This document shows, one piece after another, positions 9,084-17,903 of a stretch of DNA of 64,000 bases. The stretch is taken from the NCBI GenBank assembly GCA_016432625.1, contig CP066697.1:671951-735950 (forward strand), in the 5' to 3' direction. The position numbers and the translations under genes are program-made. The notes below the pieces were generated by a model, which saw nothing but the letters and a program-made list of their open reading frames with translations, had not been told where the DNA came from and did no database searches. Position 1 is the first letter of the stretch; each line of letters starts with the position of its first letter. Source of the stretch: Candidatus Berkelbacteria bacterium. Its GTDB lineage: Bacteria > Patescibacteriota > UBA1384 > 2-12-FULL-50-11.

Positions 9084-10032
9084 TATCGCAAGTCGTAGTA
9101 TTCGCCCGCCAGGCATTACTGCTGTAAGTAATCGGCTCGTTGGCACTTAGTGATCGGTCGTCTCGCTTAATATCGCCGGCGACAGTCTTGCCGTTGCATT
9201 GATAGAGGTACTTGCCGTTCAGGATCTGCCGCAAGCCGCCAAAAGTTGTGAAGAAGAACTCATTTGCGGTTCCCCCAAAAACTGAGTCGGAGTCGGAGTC
9301 GTCATCAAGGTGGCGCACCGTACCGCCGCTACCTAAGTAATAGCGTTTCTCCGCTTGAGCAGAAGAGTTGAATAAGTACTTCGGCTCGGTGTCGTTGGTA
9401 TTCTCAAGCTTTGCGCCAACCAGTACGTCAACATAGTCGTAAGATACTCGGTATTGGTAACCGTTGAGGCTAGTTGAGCCATATGTTGGGTCGCTAACTA
9501 GCCGATCGACGTACTTTAAGCAGGTCAGGAAGTGGTTCACGGCCGTAAAGCCTGGCTTCAAGATGGCGTTGTCGTAATCGCTTGAAGCGGTGGTAAAATC
9601 CGTCGCGACAGAGAAGTTCGTTGGATTGCCGGCGCCGCTCAAGCCTTCACAGCCGGCGATATCTGTACCTAGATCTAGGCTGGAGGTTGCGGCACCGGTG
9701 TCAGTAGTATTCTTGCCCAAGTAAAAAGTATGGTTCGGATAAAGCTTAAAGTCGGTTTTAAATAGATCGAGTCCGGCTAAGTACAGATTGAGATCGCTCT
9801 TACGTCTAGCGTCACGAGACTTTAGCTGAATCGGGCGTATGGTTACGGTAACCAGGGTAATTAAGATGCCGATAATCGAGATGACAAGTAAAAGCTCGAT
9901 AAGGGTGAACCCGTTACGCGGTAAACTCGAAATCCGAAATCCGAAATTTGAGACAATACCTAATTTCGAAATTTGAAATTTAAAACGTTTAGAGTTTGTT
10001 TCGGCTTTCGTGCTTCGTGCTTCGTGCTTCAT
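9046..10032 (-). CDS. Prepilin-type pilin/pseudopilin (328 aa) with unusually long 40-aa leader built from heptanucleotide repeats
   Basis: Classic 'RNG|FTLIELLLVISIIGILITLV' motif. The only canonical in-frame start is ATG 10030-10032, only 7 nt after the pilC stop. The leader is encoded by tandem repeats (ttcgtgc x3, cgaaatc x3). Confidence 0.7.
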   Translation of the reverse strand: MKHEARSTKAETNSKRFKFQISKLGIVSNFGFRISSLPRNGFTLIELLLVISIIGILITLVTVTIRPIQLKSRDARRKSDLNLYLAGLDLFKTDFKLYPNHTFYLGKNTTDTGAATSSLDLGTDIAGCEGLSGAGNPTNFSVATDFTTASSDYDNAILKPGFTAVNHFLTCLKYVDRLVSDPTYGSTSLNGYQYRVSYDYVDVLVGAKLENTNDTEPKYLFNSSAQAEKRYYLGSGGTVRHLDDDSDSDSVFGGTANEFFFTTFGGLRQILNGKYLYQCNGKTVAGDIKRDDRSLSANEPITYSSNAWRANTTTCDNVDAKLDDIQSW

Positions 10033-10039
10033 AATTTAA

Positions 10040-11173
10040 TTAAAACTGCCCCGTTAGATTGTAGATTGGTTGCAGTACAGAGATCACAATGAAGCCCACA
10101 GCCCCTCCTAATAAGACAATAATAAACGGTTCGACGAGCGAAGAAAACGTCCTAAGCTTGGCGTCTACCTCGGTTTCAAAATACTCCGCCAAAGTGCTGG
10201 CTGAGCCGCCGAGGTCGCCGGACTGCTGCCCAACCAGTAAAAGCTGCGTCATGAGCTTTGGGAAGTAACGGCTTTTTTGCAAAGTCGACGAGATCGCCGC
10301 GCCTTGTTCAAGCGAGGTGCGTAGCTGTTTAAGCGAGCGTGTGAAGATCGTGTTCGTTGTTGAGTCGGCAATAATATCCACCGATTCAATAATCGGCACG
10401 CCGGCGCCGATCAGTAAAGCCAGCGTTCTGTTAAAGCGCGCTAAGTAAACTTCTCGGGTTAACCCGCCGAAAATCGGGAAGTTTAGCGCCAAATAGCTCA
10501 CTGTATCCTTGCCAGCACGTGTCAGCGTAAAAAGTTTAACTGCTACGACCAACCCGACGATAATGGCAATAAGGTAGTACCACTGGTTAATAAGAAAATC
10601 TGTAAACGCCAGCAACATTTGGGTCGAGATCGGCAAATCGGACCCGGTGGATTCGAAGATGTCTTTGATCGGCGGAATGACTCTGGTTAGGATGACGAAC
10701 CCTACGATAACCATAACCACCAAGATGAACGCTGGGTAAATCATGGCGCCGCGGACCCGGCTAATAAACTCGGCGGTTCGGGCCGTGGTCACCGAAAGTT
10801 CGTCGAGCACTTTGCTCAAATTACCGGTCGCCTCACCAGCACGGATAACGCCGATCTCCACCTCGGGGAAAGTTTTGGGGTGCCCGGACATTGCCACGGA
10901 TAGCGGGAAACCATTCTCCAAGCTTTTATAGACTTCGCGCATCACGGCTTTCAGCTTGCGGTTTGGTGTTTCGGCAGCGATATCAACCGCTTGGGTAATG
11001 CCGACGCCGGCTTTAAGCATCGTCGAAACTTCTCGGTACATAATCGACCGATCTTTAGCGTTTACCTTACCTATACTGAGGTGGGCCAAACCCTTTTTTT
11101 GTTCGACAACAGAAATGATCGTGTAACCGCGTTCTTCTAAAAGTTTGCGTACGGAAACAGCTTCGTACGCCAA
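10040..11173 (-). CDS. pilC: Type IV pilus assembly platform protein PilC / GspF family
   Basis: 377-aa ORF with a GspF-domain architecture of multiple TM helices and two cytoplasmic repeats. The listed start is TTG. The conserved N-terminal motif 'FRYKVKDGHGKIKSG' is encoded in-frame upstream of it without a canonical start. Confidence 0.75.
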   Translation of the reverse strand: MAYEAVSVRKLLEERGYTIISVVEQKKGLAHLSIGKVNAKDRSIMYREVSTMLKAGVGITQAVDIAAETPNRKLKAVMREVYKSLENGFPLSVAMSGHPKTFPEVEIGVIRAGEATGNLSKVLDELSVTTARTAEFISRVRGAMIYPAFILVVMVIVGFVILTRVIPPIKDIFESTGSDLPISTQMLLAFTDFLINQWYYLIAIIVGLVVAVKLFTLTRAGKDTVSYLALNFPIFGGLTREVYLARFNRTLALLIGAGVPIIESVDIIADSTTNTIFTRSLKQLRTSLEQGAAISSTLQKSRYFPKLMTQLLLVGQQSGDLGGSASTLAEYFETEVDAKLRTFSSLVEPFIIVLLGGAVGFIVISVLQPIYNLTGQF

Positions 11174-11307
11174 AGCTTGGCCAGATTTAATCTTACCGTG
11201 GCCATCTTTGACCTTATAGCGAAAATGTAGTTTATGCGGTTTCTTTGCCGTGTCGCCCTCCCTTCACAATAGTAGTGGAACACAACGCCGTTGGCTAGAA
11301 GAACATT

Positions 11308-11862
11308 TTGCCTAAAAAGCCTTACCGCGTTTTCTGTTACACTTTATGCAAGATGGTAATCGAGGCGAGTAGTATTATGGGCGCGCCGGTCGTGGACGTA
11401 ACCGGCCGTAAAGTTGGATCGGTTGATACGTGCGTTTACCGTTCCGACGAGGCGCGGCTTTTTGCCCTGCAAGTGGCGCGCGGCGCCGTAGTTTCTAAAT
11501 TTGGTGGGCTACTAATTGACAGTGTCTTATCTGTAGGAGCGAAGGGCGTCGTGATTGATTCGGCTGAAGAGATAACCAATGACCTTAAAAACCTCGACAA
11601 GATAGCTAAAGAATCTGGCCCTGTCGTCGGCGTCAACGCTGTGACCGAGTCTGGCAAACAGCTCGGCAAAGTTTTCGATCTCCTACTCGACGCCGACACC
11701 GGTTTTATTGTCCGTTTCTACTTACGGCGCCATATCTTAAACGAGCGAATCATCCCTCGCCAATTCCTAGTAAGCATCACGCCAAGACAGGTAGTTTTTC
11801 GCGATGTCGTCGATACTCCGGTCTTTGACCAGCTCGCCCAAACAGAGGCCACCCCGGCTTAA
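11308..11862 (+). CDS. PRC-barrel domain protein (two PRC-like repeats); likely true start at ATG 11374
   Basis: Two repeats resemble PRC barrels: 'GAPVVDVTGRKVGSVDTCVY' and 'VVGVNAVTESGKQLGKVFDLLLDADTGFIVRFYL'. A GAGG motif lies 12 nt before ATG 11374. Confidence 0.4.
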   Translation: MPKKPYRVFCYTLCKMVIEASSIMGAPVVDVTGRKVGSVDTCVYRSDEARLFALQVARGAVVSKFGGLLIDSVLSVGAKGVVIDSAEEITNDLKNLDKIAKESGPVVGVNAVTESGKQLGKVFDLLLDADTGFIVRFYLRRHILNERIIPRQFLVSITPRQVVFRDVVDTPVFDQLAQTEATPA

Positions 11863-12188
11863 TGGTTACGATCGAGGACTGGCAGAAACTAGACGTTCGT
11901 ATCGGCACGATTATTAGCGCCGAACTTGTGCCAGAGACCGATAAGCTGGTGAAATTCGAGATCGACCTGGGATCGGAGAAGCGGCAAATAGTTGGTGGTT
12001 TTGCCCCGAGTTACCCAGATCCAAAGGCGTTAATTGGCAAACAAGTGCCAGTGCTCTGCAACCTCGAGCCGAGGACTCTTCGCGGTCTTGAATCTAACGG
12101 CATGGTTCTCGCCGCTTCCACAACCGAAGGCGGCCCGGCGGCGCTTCACCCAGACCAGTTCGTAGCCAACGGTACCGTGGTTCGATAG
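11862..12188 (+). CDS. tRNA-binding protein (CsaA / Trbp111 / MetRS C-terminal-like OB-fold domain)
   Basis: 'WQKLDVRIGTIISAELVPETDKLVKFEIDLGSEKRQIVGGFA...LIGKQVPVLCNLEPRTLRGLESNGMVLAAS' matches the tRNA-binding EMAP/CsaA domain pattern. Confidence 0.75.
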   Translation: MVTIEDWQKLDVRIGTIISAELVPETDKLVKFEIDLGSEKRQIVGGFAPSYPDPKALIGKQVPVLCNLEPRTLRGLESNGMVLAASTTEGGPAALHPDQFVANGTVVR

Positions 12189-12268
12189 CGGCGATTTGTT
12201 GGGGTAATCTACTTGACCTGTCGGGGGTATTTCTCTAAACTATAGCTCTAGTCTCTCGGAGCAACCCT

Positions 12269-12520
12269 ATGAAAACAACGTACCTCAAAGGGGGTCAACC
12301 GAAAGCTAACGGAGCTGCAGTGACAACTCATCTCAGCAACGATCGGGAACTCAGACCGAATCGCGGTGGCTGGTACCGCACTATCTGTGGCCTAGCGGCC
12401 CGCGACGTCAGAGAAATCCCGCTCGAGGAAGCAAAAAGGAAGCTTTGCCAAGAGTGCCAAGAAGGATACCTGAGGTCTTCGGATCTCAAGGCACATATCC
12501 ATCCGTTTGTGATCGCCTGA
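12269..12520 (+). CDS. Hypothetical small protein (83 aa, Cys-containing)
   Basis: A GGAG motif lies 9 nt upstream. A Rho-independent terminator follows at 12582-12612. No recognisable domain. Confidence 0.35.
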   Translation: MKTTYLKGGQPKANGAAVTTHLSNDRELRPNRGGWYRTICGLAARDVREIPLEEAKRKLCQECQEGYLRSSDLKAHIHPFVIA

Positions 12521-12581
12521 TCCCGACCATTCTCGCTTCTCGCAAGGGAAGCCACGACCAACTTTCCGACACCTCCTGAAG

Positions 12582-12612
12582 CCCCGCCCTCACCGGCGGG
12601 GTCTTCTCTATA
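12582..12612 (+). terminator. Rho-independent terminator
   Basis: Stem ccccgcc / ggcgggg (7 bp), loop ctcacc, followed by TCTTCTCTAT. Confidence 0.5.
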
Positions 12613-12845
12613 AAGAGGCCCCCGCAGCCAGGTGCCGCGGGGGTTGAGGAGGAGGAAATGAGGGTCGGTTCGAGATGACCCGTCTGGTTACTTTCGCTTG
12701 GTGCTCGCCCGTCAACGTCTGGATCGACGTCGCAGGATCGACTTGTTACAGTCTACGCCTACTGTCAAGTTAGGTAAAATACGGCATTGATATGACTAGC
12801 CCGCCGGTGCATTGCAGCGGCGGGTAGCGGTTCGGCCAGGGCTTT

Positions 12846-13073
12846 TCAGCGCGTCTGGCATTTGATGATTCGGGTGTTGGCGAGCTCTTTAAGCAGCTTC
12901 TGCTTGTTAGCGCAGCCGCTCAAGCGTACTGCTTTGGCCTGGTTCTCCCTGGACCAGCCAGGGTTTCGGCGCAAAGTGTCGTAGAGCGCGGGGCACATCT
13001 GTTCCAGCGTCATACTGGAGCCGTTGGTGAATCGAAGTAGAACGTTCGTTGGTGCAGGGCTTTTAGAACCCAT
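12846..13073 (-). CDS. Hypothetical small protein (75 aa)
   Basis: A strong RBS (GGAGGGAGAGG) precedes the ATG. It has its own promoter (TTGACC-17-TAAACT) upstream and a hairpin downstream. GC-rich third codon positions. Confidence 0.4.
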   Translation of the reverse strand: MGSKSPAPTNVLLRFTNGSSMTLEQMCPALYDTLRRNPGWSRENQAKAVRLSGCANKQKLLKELANTRIIKCQTR

Positions 13074-13131
13074 ATCCTCTCCCTCCGTGTCGGACTATCC
13101 CTTGCCCTGATGGGCCAAGAAACGTGTTAAT

Positions 13132-13160
13132 AGTTTATTAGTAGACCTGTTAATGGTCAA
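13132..13160 (-). promoter_or_regulatory. Sigma70-like promoter for the 75-aa gene (-35 TTGACC, 17-nt spacer, -10 TAAACT) in an AT-rich patch
   Basis: Plus-strand 'agttta' at 13132-13137 and 'ggtcaa' at 13155-13160, with a 17-nt spacer. Local AT-rich sequence (gttaatagtttattagtagacctgttaatgg) stands out in an otherwise GC-rich genome. Confidence 0.35.
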
Positions 13161-13204
13161 GCGAATAATCGAAGTGAAGTGAGTAGGGTGCTAGTGGGTT
13201 GTCT

Positions 13205-13246
13205 AACACAGCAAAGCCCGCCCACGATCCGAAGATCGGGGGCGGG
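13205..13246 (-). terminator. Putative terminator hairpin downstream of the 117-aa gene
   Basis: Stem cccgccc (13217-13223) / gggcggg (13240-13246) with inner cgatc/gatcg pairing. The U-tract on the minus strand is weak. Confidence 0.35.
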
Positions 13247-13265
13247 TGATAGTCGTGTCCGCTCA

Positions 13266-13619
13266 CTACAGCGCGGCTAGCGCGCACTGGGTCGCGACGC
13301 ACTCGGCCCGACTTGTCCGCCGGCCGGCGGGGTGAGCCTTGCGGTACTCAGCGCAGAAGCGCCTAGCGTTCTTTGCGTGGACCTTGTTGCCACTTTCGAT
13401 CACGCCCATCAGGCCGTAATCGCCATGCGCTCGAGCGGTGAAATCCTCGCCGATCTGCCGTATCAACTCATACGGCGGCAACTGCTTGCCGGCCGGTTTG
13501 TCGGCGTCGAACCACCAGCCATCCAGGTCTCGCCGGATATGCACCCCAGGTGGTTTCTTACTGGTCAGCTCGGGTCCCTTGGGCCCGAGAACGATGAAGC
13601 TTAAGGAGCTAATTAGCAT
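13266..13619 (-). CDS. Hypothetical protein (117 aa), no recognisable domain
   Basis: High GC3 codon bias consistent with coding. An AGAGGTG RBS-like motif is present. The plus-strand ORFs overlapping it look spurious. Confidence 0.4.
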   Translation of the reverse strand: MLISSLSFIVLGPKGPELTSKKPPGVHIRRDLDGWWFDADKPAGKQLPPYELIRQIGEDFTARAHGDYGLMGVIESGNKVHAKNARRFCAEYRKAHPAGRRTSRAECVATQCALAAL

Positions 13620-13710
13620 CTCGCACCTCTACTGCCACGACTATACCCCGAAAGCAGCGGCAAACAAACGCCCGCCTTGGATTTCTCCTTGGCGGGCATT
13701 CGGTAACCGG

Positions 13711-14532
13711 TCAGACCGGGTCGATGCTGAAGAGCAGTGGCTCAATCGGGAAGAGCGCCTGATCGCCCTCCGTCAGATCGCGGTAAATCGCGGGGTTGAC
13801 GGCCAGTAGATCGAGATCCATGACGTCATACTGCCGATCTTTGCCGATATTGCTGACGATGCCACCGGCTTCGTGCACGAGCAGCGAGCCGGACGCGAAG
13901 TCCAGGTGCGTCCCCCAAGGCTGGTAGCAGATTCGCCCGTCGAGCTTGCCGGACGCCACCAGACCAAACTCGTAACCACAGTTCAGGGTGTGGTAGATCA
14001 TCGTTCGGTCGTGGATTCGGTAGTAGAACTCGCGGTTAGCGGCGTAATCGCGATCGCGACGTATCTCAACCGAGACGCACGAGCCATGAAGCGGCTGATC
14101 GCTAACATGGATACGCTCACCATTTCGGTAAGCGCCCCCGCCCCGCAGAGCCGTAAAGAGCTCGTGCGTGACGAAGTTGTAGATAACGCCGAGCGTTACC
14201 ACTCCGTTTTCGAGCAGCGCCAACATCGTGGTGGCGTGCGGAATGCCCTTCACGAAGTGGAAGGTGCCGTCGATTGGATCGGCCAGCCAGCGGCTGTCGC
14301 CGCTTCCGGCACGAGCTAAGCCAAACTCCTCACCCTCGAAACCAATCTCGGGATAAAGGCGCTCCAGCTCGGTATTGAGGAACTCTTCCGTTGAACGGTC
14401 GAGGTCGGTGACTAGGTCGTGGGGATTGCTCTTGCAACGGCTGTCACAACAGCCGAAGTTTTCTTTAAGCTTAATCCCAGCATGCGTTATGAGGCGGCAA
14501 GCCTCGTTCATCATTTCTCTATTTGCTTGCAT
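13711..14532 (-). CDS. Inositol monophosphatase family protein (IMPase/SuhB/CysQ-like)
   Basis: Signature 'WLADPIDGTFHFVKGIPHATTMLALLENG' matches the metal-binding WxxDPxDGT motif of the IMPase family. Confidence 0.8.
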   Translation of the reverse strand: MQANREMMNEACRLITHAGIKLKENFGCCDSRCKSNPHDLVTDLDRSTEEFLNTELERLYPEIGFEGEEFGLARAGSGDSRWLADPIDGTFHFVKGIPHATTMLALLENGVVTLGVIYNFVTHELFTALRGGGAYRNGERIHVSDQPLHGSCVSVEIRRDRDYAANREFYYRIHDRTMIYHTLNCGYEFGLVASGKLDGRICYQPWGTHLDFASGSLLVHEAGGIVSNIGKDRQYDVMDLDLLAVNPAIYRDLTEGDQALFPIEPLLFSIDPV

Positions 14533-14632
14533 ATCGATCTCCCATGATGTTTGTCCTTTCAGACAGGTGCGTTGGTGTATTTTACCTGAGTCACCAGGAG
14601 AATCAACAGATCAAGCCGTTTTCTTTTGGCAA

Positions 14633-15022
14633 CTATTCCGCTAGCTCGAACTCGAGAACCATAAACCTGGAGTCGTCTTCAATCGGCTTGCCGGTGTAGG
14701 CGTAGTAACCCTCGAAAATCCGGCGCTGATGTTCCTTGTCTTGGTAAGCCTCATGGCCAGGGGTATTTAACGGTAAGTCCTGAAAAGTAGTAAATGACTT
14801 GCCGGTCACGGTCGCTTTGCCGACAACTTCCTTAGTAACTGCGTTAGTAATAGTAACGACGTCTTCGAGTTGAAGATAGTCGTATTTGTAACCGAGGCGA
14901 TATGTCGTCGCCTTATGGCCGTCTTTAATAAACTGCACCAGTTCTGGTGCAAACGGCAGCGTGTATTTGTCTGCAATCGGTTCGTTGGCAATAATTGTTC
15001 CTTCGCTTGGCGCTTGAATCAT
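14633..15022 (-). CDS. Putative ASCH (PUA-like) domain protein; start placed at the internal ATG 15020-15022
   Basis: A perfect TATAAT lies on the minus strand (plus 15030-15035) 7 nt upstream of this ATG. The longer ORF to 15100 would run through the promoters. 'FIKDGHKATTYRLGY' resembles the ASCH GxKTxExR motif. Confidence 0.4.
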   Translation of the reverse strand: MIQAPSEGTIIANEPIADKYTLPFAPELVQFIKDGHKATTYRLGYKYDYLQLEDVVTITNAVTKEVVGKATVTGKSFTTFQDLPLNTPGHEAYQDKEHQRRIFEGYYAYTGKPIEDDSRFMVLEFELAE

Positions 15023-15029
15023 TTCTGAA

Positions 15030-15075
15030 ATTATACCCCTAATTGATTGATTTTTCAGGTTCGGTAGGATATAAT
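15030..15075. promoter_or_regulatory. Back-to-back divergent promoters, each with a perfect TATAAT -10 box
   Basis: The minus-strand TATAAT (plus 'attata' 15030-15035) lies 7 nt from ATG 15022, a leaderless-type arrangement. The plus-strand TATAAT at 15070-15075 is followed by a GGAGG RBS at 15091-15095 and ATG 15108. Confidence 0.45.
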
Positions 15076-15107
15076 CCACCGCAGAGTTTAGGAGGCTCAT
15101 TACAGTT

Positions 15108-15605
15108 ATGTTTTTCGTCCCGCTTCTGACGATTCTCGGTGGACGAGAGTTGATCTGCTATGTCGACTGCGACGTGAAGAAGCTCCGCGATAATCTTTCG
15201 GCAGATGTTGCCGTTGAGATGGTCGCCGAGTTCGCCGAGGGTTGGAGCTTCCACTCCACCGCAGGAGAGCAAGAGTTCGTCCCGGATGACACCGACTTTA
15301 TGATTGGGTTCCTATGGACGGACGAAGTCGACTTCTACGTCGACCTCTGGATACAACGACAGCTCGCAACCTATGGAGAATGCGGTCCAATGACGACTCT
15401 TCAGACTTTCCGCTTCAACGGCGAGATGGTCGACCCCTGGGAAAAGGGCAACGCTTGCGCCTGGACACGTATAGTATCTGGTCTCGAAGCACTGCACTTT
15501 CACCAGGTCGTTCGAGTTCACGGAGGGGACGTTAAGCACTACATCAACGGACCCCGGCCCGAGCTGCCAGAGAGCTTCATCGTCCCCTGGCCCGACCCGA
15601 GCTAA
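15108..15605 (+). CDS. Hypothetical protein (165 aa)
   Basis: A GGAGG RBS lies 12 nt upstream. A TATAAT promoter precedes it and a terminator follows at 15625-15657. The longer antisense ORF 15312-15833 is Ala/Arg-rich and judged spurious. Confidence 0.45.
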   Translation: MFFVPLLTILGGRELICYVDCDVKKLRDNLSADVAVEMVAEFAEGWSFHSTAGEQEFVPDDTDFMIGFLWTDEVDFYVDLWIQRQLATYGECGPMTTLQTFRFNGEMVDPWEKGNACAWTRIVSGLEALHFHQVVRVHGGDVKHYINGPRPELPESFIVPWPDPS

Positions 15606-15624
15606 AGACTGCTCAAAACCGAAT

Positions 15625-15657
15625 TGCTCCGCCCTAACCAGGCGGAGCTCTTCTTTA
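15625..15657 (+). terminator. Rho-independent terminator
   Basis: Stem gctccgcc / ggcggagc, loop ctaaccag, followed by TCTTCTTT. Confidence 0.55.
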
Positions 15658-15749
15658 CTCCGAAAACTGGCGAGCCATGCATCTGTTGCAACAGAACCAG
15701 CGAGCCAGTTTTCTCCACCCGCCTGGGGCAAGCGTGCTTGGGTGGGGAG

Positions 15750-15799
15750 TGCAGAGGGGTAGGGCAGCGCTTCGCAAGTAGCACCCCTACCCCTCTGCA
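15750..15799. repeat. 15-bp perfect inverted repeat with a 20-nt loop in the convergent intergenic region
   Basis: tgcagaggggtaggg (15750-15764), loop cagcgcttcgcaagtagcac, then ccctacccctctgca (15785-15799). A second stem-loop, ccaccc...gggtgg, lies just upstream at about 15714-15746. Confidence 0.5.
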
Positions 15800-15826
15800 A
15801 AACAAAAAAGCGCCTTGCGGCGCTTC
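15799..15826 (-). terminator. Rho-independent terminator of groEL
   Basis: On the minus strand: gcgccgcaaggcgc hairpin followed by TTTTTTGTTTT (plus-strand A-run 15801-15809 before the hairpin 15810-15823). Confidence 0.6.
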
Positions 15827-15847
15827 TCTGCATCTCTTGAAGAGATA

Positions 15848-17775
<1,928 letters not shown>

Positions 17776-17781
17776 TCAATC

Positions 17782-17840
17782 AAACCTCCTACTTAGTTTG
17801 TTTCTTGAAGCATTGTAAAGTTTACTTTACATAGCGTCAA
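17782..17840 (-). promoter_or_regulatory. groESL promoter (-35 TTGACG, 17-nt spacer, -10 TACAAT) plus GGAGG RBS; no CIRCE element seen
   Basis: On the minus strand: TTGACGctatgtaaagtaaacttTACAAT, then a leader with GGAGG 8 nt before ATG. The CIRCE consensus TTAGCACTC-N9-GAGTGCTAA was not found. Confidence 0.55.
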
Positions 17841-17903
17841 GAGGCCGTAACGTAGAAGCCCCGCCGTTTGACGGGCGGGGCACTGAGCGAGCAGTCAATC
17901 CGC

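Noticed and set aside
12655-12700. tRNA-like T-loop motif GGTTCGAG
   Set aside because: The flanking sequence cannot form a 5-bp T-stem with a 7-nt loop (the loop would be 10 nt). No acceptor or anticodon arms are identifiable. No tRNA was called anywhere in the window.
13332-13809. Plus-strand ORFs (90 and 123 aa) overlapping the 117-aa minus-strand gene
   Set aside because: Ser/Arg/Pro-rich low-complexity translations. The minus-strand frame has better codon bias (GC3) and an RBS-like motif.
15023-15100. N-terminal 26 codons of the ORF-finder's 155-aa version of the ASCH-like gene
   Set aside because: This segment contains both divergent TATAAT promoters and the neighbouring gene's RBS. 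The internal ATG 15022 is positioned 7 nt after a perfect -10 box.
15312-15833. 173-aa minus-strand ORF antisense to the 165-aa plus-strand gene
   Set aside because: It is Ala/Arg/Leu-rich with a shadow-ORF composition typical of GC-rich antisense frames. The plus-strand gene has a GGAGG RBS, a TATAAT promoter and a terminator. This ORF would also run through the plus-strand terminator.
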